The notes under the pieces: model-generated
Seen by the model: only the letters and a program-made list of their open reading frames with translations
Database searches by the model: none
Told to the model about the DNA's origin: nothing
Assembly: GCF_006345805.1 (NCBI RefSeq)
Contig: NC_043001.1
Location: 58,032,001-58,096,000 of the forward strand
Origin: Octopus sinensis
Lineage: Eukaryota
Reading direction: 5' to 3'
DNA length: 64,000 nt
Program-made: the position numbers and the translations under genes
Shown here: in pieces, positions 40,014 to 53,544 of the stretch
How positions within the stretch are numbered: position 1 is the stretch's first letter
How the letters are laid out: every line of letters starts with the position of its first letter

Positions 40014-41352
40014 TATATATACTGATATTCACAACGTTGAAGTTTGAATTTCCGAATTCAATTGTGTTGTTGCAATGAAAGTTGTGTTTACGTATTTGGG
40101 TATATATTAAACTTTTTAAGTAATCTTGCGATGTTCGTCTGCCTGTCCAGTTGGAGAATACAGTAGGACTTTTGCAATGAAAAGGAAGCTTGCATTTTCG
40201 AATACACCGGGAGTGTCAACACGAAAAGTAAACAAGTTGTAGATAGTAAAGTTTTCAGATTTACTAAATATGGTCTTCTTTATGATTGCACAGAGAGAAA
40301 TGGTAGTGTTCTCAGAATAAAAAGAAGGATGATGTTTCCATTTTTGAATACTCAGGAGGAAAGGAAAAGATAGATATTCACTCAGTAGGTATAGATATTA
40401 AAGTTGTTTTTTAAAGCTGATCCTTGCTGTATTGGGAAGCTGTAGGTACTTCAGTTTCTTAACTTATTTTATTTGGAGGAAGATTTAAAATATTCACAGG
40501 AATTTGTAGATATTCCAGTCTTTAGGAATAGTAGGAGGAAGAGATGTTCACCTTTTTGGATGTTTGAATTTCTGAATTTCTTTTACTTTTGGAATTTTTC
40601 TTTTCTTTTCTTTTTCTTTTTAAAAGTTTTGCTGTGGTTTACAGTTTTTGTAGTTGTACAATATGTATATATTGGCAGGTGCTTACTTCCTTAATTTTTT
40701 ATCGTGCATTTAATTGTGATGTTACAGTAAAAGTCATGTTAACATATTCTGTCAGTCAGGGAAGAAGGGAAGATAAAATGTTCACACAAAATTGGAGATA
40801 TCAACATTTCTAAAGTTTTTGAGTTGTTTGTTTGCATGTCCGTTCAGAGAAAACTGGGGTGGCTTTTTTCTTCAATAAAAAGGATTTTACAGTTTGAAAT
40901 ATTCAGGGAAAAGAAACGGAAAGAAAAGGAAGGTACATCTATTTCACAGAAAATAGTAGACATCAAATTTTTAAAATTTACGAGAGATGATCTTTTGTCT
41001 GTCCGAACACATAAAACTGTAGTGTTCTTGGAATAAAGGGGATGTTTATATTTTCGAATACTCAGGGGGAAAAGAAGTAATAGGTATTCATTGAAGGTGT
41101 TGATATTAAAAGTTTTAAGGCTCATTGTTTATGTGTTCGAAAGCTGTGGACATGTAAGTTCCTTAACTTTTAAATATTTTAAGATTAATTTTGAAGGAAA
41201 TTCAAAATACTCACAAGAAACTGTAGATATTCCAGTCTTTTAGAGCGTTTTTTCATTTGTCCTGCTGGGTTGTATTAGTGTTTGTGTGTCTTCAGCTGCT
41301 GACAGGTCATAGCAGCGAAGAAGACGTCCAGCCGCTGTCACCTCCAGCCGCC

Positions 41353-41431
<79 letters not shown>

Positions 41432-41958
41432 GAGTGAGAGAGCTGTGCATGTCATCAAAGTGACACTGAGGTAAAATATACAAACACCAGTATACCCATC
41501 GTGACTACCCGCCTCATAAGGATACACTAGGAACACATATCACAACCATATGTGTGCGACATTTAGATCTTATGCCAAGATAAACAGGAAATGACCTTGC
41601 AGGTGGCCGAGTAACCCATCCTGCTAAAAAGGTCCCTGAATAAGGGTTGTTTAAGGATGTTGAACCATACACCCATGTTTCCAGAGGAGAATTATTCAAA
41701 CCCCAAAGAATCCCCCTCAACACATGGCTATGATGCTCCCCCACTACTTCTGCTCGTGATCAGAGTTGCACATATCATCAAGCACTAAGGGACATACTCA
41801 ACTAGTTAAGGTCAAACAAGTGATAAGCAAATCTGTGGTATTGAGTAGAATATTTGCTGTAGCCCAACTCTTATACTAAGACAATACAATGTACATAACA
41901 CCTCCAATCAGTTAAGATTACAAGCCACGAGAGCCACTGCCTGGTACTGCATCAGGAC

Positions 41959-41960
<2 letters not shown>
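41432..41960 (-). mobile_element. Non-autonomous interspersed repeat flanked by (TAA)n on both sides; second copy at ~59530-60100
   Basis: Long shared blocks (gagtgagagagc..., gaccttgcaggtgg, ctgctcgtgatcagag, gcaaatctgtggtattgag) between the two copies; strand inferred from the (AAT)n tail. Confidence 0.65.
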
Positions 41961-41998
<38 letters not shown>

Positions 41999-42052
41999 AT
42001 TTTTCTTCTTCTTCTTCTTCTTCTTCTTCTCTTCTTCTTCTTCTTCTTCTTC

Positions 42053-42093
<41 letters not shown>

Positions 42094-42096
<3 letters not shown>

Positions 42097-42335
42097 TAGT
42101 TTTATTTTTATAGCGTGCTTTCACTTCACTACCGAGCGCAGCTCTGTGTGCCTTGGGTATGTGCTGTGATTTGTAGTGATGCTCTGATGGTTATTGTATG
42201 GAAAGTGTTCTGCGTAGGATGTGTGCAGTGCCTAGTAGTGCAATTTTCTGTATGTTATATGTGTTTGTAAGTCCTGGTGTTTTTGTTATGTATTTGTCTG
42301 AATATTTTTTTATCATGCCTAATGCACCTACTATG
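42094..42335 (-). mobile_element. R4/Dong-type 3' end (242 bp), copy 1
   Basis: IVGALGMIKK...IQKIALLGTAHILRRTLSIQ* plus 3' UTR running into (AAT)n. Confidence 0.85.
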
Positions 42336-42345
42336 ATTATTATTA

Positions 42346-42385
<40 letters not shown>

Positions 42386-42396
42386 TATTATTATTA

Positions 42397-42424
<28 letters not shown>

Positions 42425-42427
<3 letters not shown>

Positions 42428-42666
42428 TAGTTTTATTTTTATAGCGTGCTTTCACTTCACTACCGAGCGCAGCTCTGTGTGCCTTGGGTATGTGCTGTGA
42501 TTTGTAGTGATGCTCTGATGGTTATTGTATGGAAAGTGTTCTGCGTAGGATGTGTGCAGTGCCTAGTAGTGCAATTTTCTGTATGTTATATGTGTTTGTA
42601 AGTCCTGGTGTTTTTGTTATGTATTTGTCTGAATATTTTTTTATCATGCCTAATGCACCTACTATG
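42425..42666 (-). mobile_element. R4/Dong-type 3' end (242 bp), copy 2
   Basis: Identical by eye to 42094-42335, separated by (ATT)n. Confidence 0.85.
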
Positions 42667-42741
<75 letters not shown>

Positions 42742-42822
42742 GTGTGTATATATGCATGTATATATATACATATACACACACACACACACATACACACACA
42801 CATACACAAATATATATATATA

Positions 42823-43701
42823 CTGTTGTGTCTGGGGAGAGTCATTTTCTTTGTGTGCCTTATAATATAACACACTCACCGGTAGAATCTCCACTTTTTT
42901 CTTATTTTTACTGTCCTAAAATTTTCGTTGCGTCTTGCAAACTTTTCAATAGTTTTGACTGTCCGTTATTTACACTGCGTTCCCTTTTCTTTGTTTGTGC
43001 GCATGTGTGTGAGTCAGTGTTTGTTTGCGTGTGCCTATACATGCATGCATGTACGTATGTATGTATGTGTGTGTTTGCATGTGTATGTATGTATATATGT
43101 GTGTATATGCATATGTATATATGTATGTATGTGTGTGCATCTGTATGTACGTATCCTGCATATTTATGTGCATGCATGTCCGTGTTTGTGTATTTTCTAT
43201 GTATGTGTGTGAGTATGTGTGTGTGTATATGTATGCACCTCTGTGTCCTTGTTTGTGCATGTCTCTGTGTGTGTTATGCAACTATGTACCATGTTTGTAT
43301 GTATAGATGTGCATCTTTATATGTGTGGATCCGTGTCTCCATATGTGTATGTTCTTATAGCTTATGTACCTAGGATACGTACATACGGATGCACACACAT
43401 ACATGCATATATACATATGCATACACACACATATACATACACATGCAGACACACACATACATACATACGTACAAGCATGTATTTATAGGCACACACACAC
43501 AAACACTGACCCACACACATGGGCACAAACAAACAAAAGGGAACGTTGTGTAAATAATGGACAGAATCAAAACTATTGAAAAGGTTGCAAGATGCAACGA
43601 AAATTTTAGGAAAATAAAAATAAGAAAAAGTGGAGATTTTACCAGTGAGTGTGTTATATTATAAGGCACAAAAAGAAAATGACTCTCCCCAGACACAACA
43701 G
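42823..43701. mobile_element. Fold-back / MITE-like element with ~330-bp TIRs
   Basis: Arms 42823-43157 and 43372-43701 are diverged reverse complements with terminus CTGTTGTGTCTGGGGAGAG; left end abuts (TA)n; spacer is microsatellite-like. Confidence 0.65.
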
Positions 43702-43757
43702 AATATGCTTCAAAACACGAACTCACATAAAGAATCTTGCGAACCAAATCCAAAAAC

Positions 43758-43794
<37 letters not shown>

Positions 43795-44551
43795 CAAAGG
43801 GATTCCAACTCTGTTTTCTATGTATCATTTATATTCTTATAATAGTAATATAGGATATAGAATATGTAGTATATATAGTATATATAGTAAAATGAAATTA
43901 AGTATTGATTGTCTTATTGAATAGATGAAATATTGAATATCAAATATTAAGGGACTAGTATACGTTCCTGCATTTAAGCTGTCTTCAAGGTCCTAGGTTG
44001 TGACAGGGATGTAGAACTTTGAAAAGGAACACACGAGTTAATATATGTGGAAAAAAGTCCAGATAGAAAATGCTAAAAAAATTTCAATTTTGGTTTTAGC
44101 CATTGAGACTTTTTCAACTGTAAATATGGAAAGCAAATAAATTTGGAAAAATTAAAAGAAAAGTTTTTTTAAAAGCATATTTGTATAGTGTTCAAATACA
44201 AGTGGCATTTTCCTTGTCTCTGCCTGTCTCTGTCTCTCTTGTTTACTCTTGTAAACCCTTGATATCCCTAGCAAGAAGAAGAAGAATGTGGGAGTGCCAT
44301 GACAGTAGTGTGTTAAATGGTCAGCTGCCCCGAAAATGACCCACTGTGTTATAGAGTTACTGTGTTGATAAAAATAACTGGCTCAGAAAAGGTTTTTTCA
44401 GTGATGAAGAGATTGGATTCATCACCATGTCCAGTAATAACACAAACTCGGTCGCTGTTCTACTGCAGCTCGCCTTCCTCTTCTTCCTCTTTCTCTTGCT
44501 CCTTACCCTCTGCATCTTCTGTTCTTCCCTCCACAACTACTACTACTACTG

Positions 44552-44597
<46 letters not shown>

Positions 44598-44852
44598 CAC
44601 CACCACCACCACCACCGCTGTTGCTGCTGCCGCTACTACTACTACTACTACTATTATTACTACTACTACTACTACTACTCCACAGGCCATTCTATTTCAT
44701 GTATTACAAAAATAAGCATGATCTTCCAAACATTTTTGATCCTTCTCTGCCTCTACAGATGCGGGAGTAGATGATGATGCCTTCCGCAGACATTGACATC
44801 TAACATTACTAAATTGCCATTGCAGTGACTATTATTTTACAGGCATAAAGCG

Positions 44853-44945
44853 GAGAGCTGGCAGAATCGTCAGTACGCCGGGCACAATGCTTAGCGGCAC
44901 TTCGTCTGTCTTTAATTTCTGAGATCAAATTTCACCGAGGTTGAA
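44853..44945 (+). mobile_element. SINE fragment, third family; further copies at ~59290-59410, ~60125-60280, ~62140-62750
   Basis: gagctggcagaatcgt.ag.acgccggg...atgcttagcgg...ttcgtc.gtctt...ttctgag.tcaaatt..ccgaggt shared between copies. Confidence 0.55.
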
Positions 44946-45991
44946 GAACTAGTTAATCACAAGTGTCGTTGTAATCAACTTAGTCCTCTGAAATTTGCCT
45001 CGTGCCAAAATTTGAACCCAGTGTTTCATAAACATTATCAAAACAATATCGGAAGTAGATCATGTGCACAATTATCAATGACATCAAAACAAATAAATCG
45101 ATGAAACCCACTAATATTGCAGCTGCCAGAATTAGTCCCGTCACGATAACTATGAAGTCTGTCCCCATCATTTAACCTGATGAACACCATTACGTAATAT
45201 GGACATGATATTACTTGTTCTACGAATTACTCCTACAAGTATCCTCATTTATACGAACATTTTTAATACGAATATACCTATTCCAATCTCTAGAAACACT
45301 ACTACCACTTCTGCTATGAATATCGTCATAATTAGCAAACTAGCACTGATATAACCATAGAAGAAGTAACAAAAAGACGGCCACTCCTTTTCAAAATGTT
45401 TGTGCAAGAAAGAACCACCAGCACCACTTATATTACCATTGTCATAACTATAGACTGCATTACCAAAATCACCACTTTAATACTTCTATATCTATCACTA
45501 TCTCTACTGACAATCATAAGCTCTGCTGCCATCTACGGCAAAACTGCTTCAAACGCCAACCACTATAGCTCCACTGGTTCTAGAGCCATTATTAAACAGT
45601 TATTACAGTGAGTACTACTGCAATAACTACTACCAGTGTGACTATCAACACAAACCTGAACAGAACTGCTATATCCATCATAAAAATCAGAATGATAAAC
45701 TCAAAATGAATATATATTATGAAGGCAGGAGTGCACGTAGTATCGGTTATAGAACTGGTATTTGTTGCGGTAACGTTAAGGAAAATTACAAGTTTTCTTT
45801 TTTAATCTTCTTCACTTTCATTCTTTTCTTTCTACTGTATATGTTGCATTATACATTTTTATTGCACACGCATACACCTGCATGCACATATGTAACAGCG
45901 ATATTAGGGTGAGCTTATATGCTTTTAGACAAAGTTATTGGTGTATGCCGACAGCTTCTTTCTTTCAATCTTTCTTCCTCTCTCCCTCACC

Positions 45992-46022
<31 letters not shown>

Positions 46023-46899
46023 GACGTACTTTTTTTTGGGTATCTTTGTGCTTCTTCATTTCGCATCTTTTCTGTCCCGGTTTTATACATCTTTTCTTCT
46101 TGTATTTCACAAACTTTTTTCTTCCTCACTGTCTATATATCCTCTCCCTTACATTGAAACAATAGAGGAAAGTTAAGCAGATATGCACTACAGACTTCCG
46201 GGAGGACATACATATACACATATGGCAATTTCAACGATAGATCTATTAAATTTTATTCATGTAACTACAAACATATCCTAGAGTCAAAATTAACATTACA
46301 ATATTTTAAAATTCTAATAACTGAACATTTCATTTGATTATCACAAAAGATCTGGACACAACGATGGACAATTTCGAAAGAGATGAACAAAATAAAATAG
46401 ATTCATGCAAGCTTGGAAGTCTGTCTGTGTACACAGTATTTGTTTCAATTCATCAAATCAAATCCTTTGATCTAAAAGAATGTTCATGCGAAAGGAATCC
46501 TTTATATACGGAGACATGAAATGCTAAAATGGAAGACTTTAAATTTCTCTATGTCTCACTCTTTCGCACATACACACACTCTCTCTTTCCTTCTCACTCT
46601 TTACACATAGATACTCAAATACACACACACACATGTATGTGAGTGTCTTTTATTGGTGAATATAACAAAGTTTATTGAATTTCAACTATATCTGAATTGT
46701 ATTATATAGCTGTCACATCATGAGTGGATTTTGCCAATAGCGACTATTTTCATCATAGTATCTCCTTAATCCTATCTATTTATATACATGTATGCTTCCA
46801 CAAACATACATTCACACACGCGCGCATACACAGAAAAACACGCGTAAACATTCATTAACAAAATAATAGAAGCGCTAGTGTTTATCGACCATGCAAATT

Positions 46900-47330
46900 C
46901 AATATGTGTGCTTTGTTAGTTTGCCGGTTCACTGATATATAGAGCTTGGGGATGACTCCGTCATAACGCTTGGTGGTAAAGCACCTTAAAACCATAAACA
47001 GTTGAGAAGAAATGCCTCTGATCGAATTCAGGATTTTACGTTTCTCCTTGCTTTCGGTCGGATGTCTGTGTCGCAATTCATCGTTGAATGTAATATCTTG
47101 TGCACATCTAGTGCAAGCAGCTGTCATTCATTCTTCTTGTGTGCTGGGGGCCATTTGATCCCTGAAATGGTGTGCACAAATCAGGAGTATTAGCATGTCG
47201 AGGGACACTGCACTGAGGGTAGAGATCAGGCCATACATTTCCTTCCTCTCACGGGTATGCTCCTGTACCTAGCACCAAATTCTCCTTAGACAGGAATCTC
47301 AGTCTGGTTCTGGGAATTTTAGGCCATGTG
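46900..47330 (-). pseudogene. Possible degenerate LINE (I/Jockey-like) post-RT fragment
   Basis: QDITFNDELRH...KRKILNSIRGIS weakly resembles LG.TFD..L.W..H....K..K.LN.LR.LS. Confidence 0.3.
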
Positions 47331-47416
47331 GGTTTTTGTACTAACGCAGATGTACACTAAAAACTTTTAGTCCTTTCAATGCGTTGAAGTCTATACATTC
47401 GTCCTGTTCGGGATCT

Positions 47417-47475
<59 letters not shown>

Positions 47476-48399
47476 CATCTCTTATTATAAAAGGCGGATT
47501 TTATCTGCCTCCCTTTGTATCTTATAGAAATCTACAATATAGGATTTCTTCAATTACAATTTACCTAGCATTTTTAAGAGTAGAATGCATCGGGTCATAC
47601 CAGATCCAGTTTTTAAAATTTAAACTCCAATTAAGCAAAATTTACAGAAAACTCACATTCTGGTGTGTATGTCAAATGCTTTTCTTAGTCTGGTTTACAG
47701 CACACGCAAACGCACACACACAGTGTGCTACGAATAAAGTGAAAGTAATTCAGTGTGTTGACAGGTAGACAATAGAATGCGGTGACGATGGCGATGTAAT
47801 ATTTGTTTCTGTCTATGACGCTGATAGATACATGAGTAAAATGTATGGGAAGCTAAGACATAAGAGTGAGTGAAAATGTTCTTGGAAGAGAGTAAATAGT
47901 AAGAGAGAGTGATTTGAGGACGACTTTACATTAAATAACCGTAGTGGCTTGTGTTAGTAATAAAGTAAACATACACTCATACATACATACATACATACAT
48001 ACATACACACACACACATACACACACATACATACATACACACACACATACATACATACACACATACATACATACATACATACATATACATACATACATAC
48101 ATATACATACATACATACACACACACATACACACACACACAGTGTTGAAGCTTGAGAACAATCAGATACATTTGCAACACATCTGTTGAAAATATTATTG
48201 TTCACACACATACATATACATATATACATACATACAGACAGACAGATAGACACACACACACACACACATGATCCAGAATGGCCACAACCTCAAGGCTGAA
48301 ACATATAAAAGAATAACAGAATATAAATGTGTGCATGTGTGTGAGAGAGAGAGTATGTGTGTATATGTATGTATGTATGTATGTAGGTATGTATATATA

Positions 48400-48990
48400 A
48401 TAATGCGGTTTTTTCAACAGCTTGAACTAAAAGTCAGAGGGGAATGGGATAAACTACTTATATTAACTTGCTATAAAAGCAGGTAGTAATTTTATCTTGT
48501 CCTTATTCATAGTGCAAGTTTTGAAGAGTGCATTTCGATTTTAACAGCTATTTTTTTCAAAGCTATATTGGAAGTAACAAAGGAGCATATTTGGCATATT
48601 TTGCTTTATGAGTTCAATAAAGACAACAACGCAACGGAAAGTACAAGAAATATGAATGCAGTATATGGGGATTGGACAATAAGCGTAAGGCAGTGTCAAT
48701 GGTGGTTCCAGAAATTCCGAGCCATAAACTACAGCCTAGAAGACGAGCCTCATCCTGAAAGATCTGTAGAACTCGACAAGGACATCCTGAAAACTCTGGT
48801 GGAACAAAATCTCATAGTAACTGTTGAGGAACTAGCAGAGAAGCTTGGTTTTGGCCATTCAACCATTCATTGAGACGTGTGTGCTATCGGAAAAGTCAGC
48901 AAATTGGGTCAATGGGTTCCCCACGAAATTTCCGAGTCTAATTGCATGCAGAGAGTGAATGTATGCTTTTCTTTGCTGTCACATCTCACC
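48400..48990 (+). pseudogene. mariner transposase N-terminal relic (Hsmar1/SETMAR-like)
   Basis: KEHIWHILLYEFNK..NAT...VYG...RQCQWWFQKFR..NYSLEDEP..ER.....DILKTLVEQN...TVEELAEKLG; then GKVSKLGQWVPHE. Confidence 0.88.
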
Positions 48991-49008
48991 ACTACTGCGC
49001 TATGTATA

Positions 49009-49615
49009 TCTATATATATAAAACTGTAGTTTTATACTACTCCCACATTTTGCGGTGCAGTTTAACCAAATTCGGGTAGCTTATAGTTGTGATTCATATT
49101 GAGCCCGTTTGAGTATTAGCGCGCATCTACGATGAGTCTACGATTTTTAAAATAATTTAACATAATTTTTTATTCCATTTTAATGCATAATTTTTCATGT
49201 GTCGATGGCGGCGGAGTTGGCGTCCACGCTCACACCTGCACCTGTGGGGAAGGGAGTGTAAGGAAATCAACGTCGTAATACGTTGTCAAGAAGACCAGCG
49301 TTCTTTTAGAACAACGACTTCATGGCTTGAAGACACCAAAACAGAAATGGCTAAGAAAGCGTCTACATGAGTCTACGATTTAAAAAAAAAATTACCATCG
49401 TTTTTTTTTCCATTTTCATGCATTTTTTCGCTATTATATAAGGGAAGTAACTCTCTAAAAATGTCTACGATGAGTCAACGATTTTTAAAAAAAATTACCA
49501 TCATATTTTTTCCATTTTTAATGCATTTTTTGCTATTTTTTGGCTATAACTCTCTAAAAATGCTTATATAGTTATTTCCCTTACAAACCCGAGCAACGCC
49601 GGGCGATACTGCTAG
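49009..49615 (+). mobile_element. Complete non-autonomous Helitron (~607 bp)
   Basis: A|TCtatatatataaaac 5' end; 3' hairpin cccgagcaacgccggg (49588-49603) then CTAG|T at 49612-49616; no TSD; three internal tctacgatgagtc.acgattt repeats. Confidence 0.85.
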
Positions 49616-50029
49616 TATATATATATATATTTAAATATCTATATATATATGTTTGTGTGTGTGTATGTGTGCGCGTGTGTGTATGTATGTGGGTATGTAT
49701 GTATGTGTGGATGGTTTTATATATATATATATATATATATCCTTTATCTGTGAATTAAGACTACCATTAGCTTCATGTTAAGAAGAATGGGAAAATATCC
49801 AACAAGTGTCTTAACAATCTTTCAAGCCGATCACATGATAAATGGTGTTTGCTTCCATTTTGAAAACAATCTCGTTTCGTTCACGGCTTTTCTCTTAAAT
49901 TCGCATAAGTGAAGCAATGAAATAATGAAGAAGGAAATTTTTGGAGCTTGTTCGTTTTCATGATTCTGATATTTTTACTTTTTTATTGCAGATTTTTTAA
50001 AAAACAAGTGTCGAAGTTACAAGGAAAAT

Positions 50030-51089
50030 GTAGAAAATTGAGTATCGTGCAGTCATAAGTTATCTTCATTTGAAAGGCATGACTCTATCAGAAATCTATG
50101 AAGATATGATGAGAACCTTAACAGACAAAGCTCCTTCATATGTAAAAGTCAAACGCTGGATAAATGAATTCAAGCGTGGCAAGGAGAGTGTGAAAGATGA
50201 TCCCAGACCAGGGAGACCTGCAACTGCTATCACAGAGAACGACCTTGACATTGCTCTTCGTATATTAATGAAAGATCGCCGAATATCACGTCATAAGATA
50301 GCTGAGAGACTGGGCATCTCAAATGAAAGATCAGACAACATTGCGACAAAAGAACTTGGGTTCTCAAAGGTTTCCGCAAGGGGATCCCTCACCTTTTGAC
50401 TCATGAACAAAAACGAGCCAGGTGTCCTTTGTCCAAGAGCAATCATGAACTGATTGAAGCTGATGAAGTGCATTTCTTGCTCATTTCATCACTATAGACA
50501 AATGTTGGGATCATCACTACCAGCCTGAAACCAAAGAACAATCACAGAAAATAAAGAACATCTTCTCCTACCCCAAAGAATGCAAGGGTCATTCTTTCAG
50601 CCGGCAAGGTCATGGCGTCCGTTATTTTTGGATTCTCAAGGTGTCTTGCTGATCGATTACTTTGAAAAGGGTCACACCGTGACAAGGTTGTATTAATCTC
50701 AGCTACTGAAACGCCCCTAAGAAACAATTAAAAAAAAAGCCTGAAATGCTCATCAGAGGAGCCCTTTTTCATGACGACAATGCTCCAGCCCACACCTCAG
50801 TGGTTGCCATGGCAACATTTCGAGACTGTGGATACGAACTTGTTCCCCATCCGCCTTCATCTATTCCCAAAATGAAAAAACAGCCCTAGCTGGTCGCCAG
50901 TTTGCCAGTGACAATGAGATCATATATGCTGTAGGAAGTTTCTTGGAGTCTACACCGGGATAATAGCGCTTCAGCACCACAGGAGAAAGTGTGTAGCCAG
51001 CGATGGGGACTATGTTGAAATATAAATCATCAAAAGCCCTGTACCATGTTTTGTTTCTTCCAGGCTCAAGACTTTTCATACACCCCTCG
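50030..51089 (+). pseudogene. mariner transposon relic, nearly full-length transposase with 3' TIR
   Basis: YRAVISYLHLKG...RWINEFKRG..SV.DDPRPGRP, KVSAR, HHY.PETKEQS, HDDNAPAH, ELVPHPP; ends with acttttcatacacccctcg|TA. Confidence 0.9.
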
Positions 51090-51162
<73 letters not shown>

Positions 51163-51164
<2 letters not shown>

Positions 51165-51300
51165 TACCATTGATTGTAGGAACTCTAGGAATGATAAAAA
51201 TAGGTACTGAAACATATTTGAATATACCAGGCTTATCATCCCTACAAGAAATGCAAAAATTCGCGTTGACTGGAACGGCCAAATTCCAGAAAAAGACACA
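51163..51300 (+). pseudogene. R4/Dong-type extreme C-terminal fragment
   Basis: VPLIVGTLGMIK...NIPGL...QEMQKFALTGTA matches IPVVIGALGMIAKG...IPGNP...EIQKIVLMGTAHILRK. Confidence 0.6.
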
Positions 51301-51740
51301 GGATTAAGATCAAGAATTCTCGCTAAGCTGGAAGAAAATCAAGCTGTAACATTACAAGTGTAAGAAGAGTGTGAAAGAAGAGGAAATCCAAGGTACGACG
51401 CAGAGAAAATTGAACATAACGATTACTCCGAAGTGAAGCAAGTACGAAACAGGCAGAATAGAAACCAACTGTGTACAAAAATACAGTACAAAAGGACAAA
51501 AATCAAAAAAAAAAAAAAAACTTCATGTTTTGCTAGTGGAGGTCTACATTTGGGAAAATAAACTGCCCATTTAAGAAAGTGGAATATTTCCGTTATGGAA
51601 AACTTGAACACGTGAAAGCACACTGTAAAACCAAGATGACAAAACGTTGTAACAAAGGAAAAAGAGTAAAGAATGTGGTAATGTGAGAAAGAGGAAATTC
51701 GTAAACGTGAAGATTAAAAATATAAGAATAAAAGTGCAGT

Positions 51741-51850
<110 letters not shown>

Positions 51851-51989
51851 TGTGTATGTATATATATATATATAATATATATATATATATATAACTGCAC
51901 TTTTATTCTTATATTTTTAATCTTCACATTTACGAATTTCCTCTGAGAAATACTGGCCGACTCTGTAAATACTGTAAATACTGTAAATA

Positions 51990-53331
<1,342 letters not shown>

Positions 53332-53544
53332 CATTATTATTCTATGTTTGACTTTTGCTTTATGTCTGTACAAGTTGGCTCCAAGTCTCACCCAGAGACC
53401 TCAAGAGACAACAGGTTGGAAGTTCTGTGCCATATATTCGGTTTTTTTTTGTATGTTTTTTCTTTTTTTGGTGTTGTACTAGTGAATGTCTAATACATTA
53501 AAAAAATAAATAAATAAATAAAAAGTTTGTTTTAAACCTTGGGA

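Noticed and set aside
43590-43701. Hammerhead in the 42823-43701 fold-back
   Set aside because: A hairpin is present but the flanking core reads CCAGUGA/CCGGUGA, and there is no valid GAAA-stem III-UH arrangement
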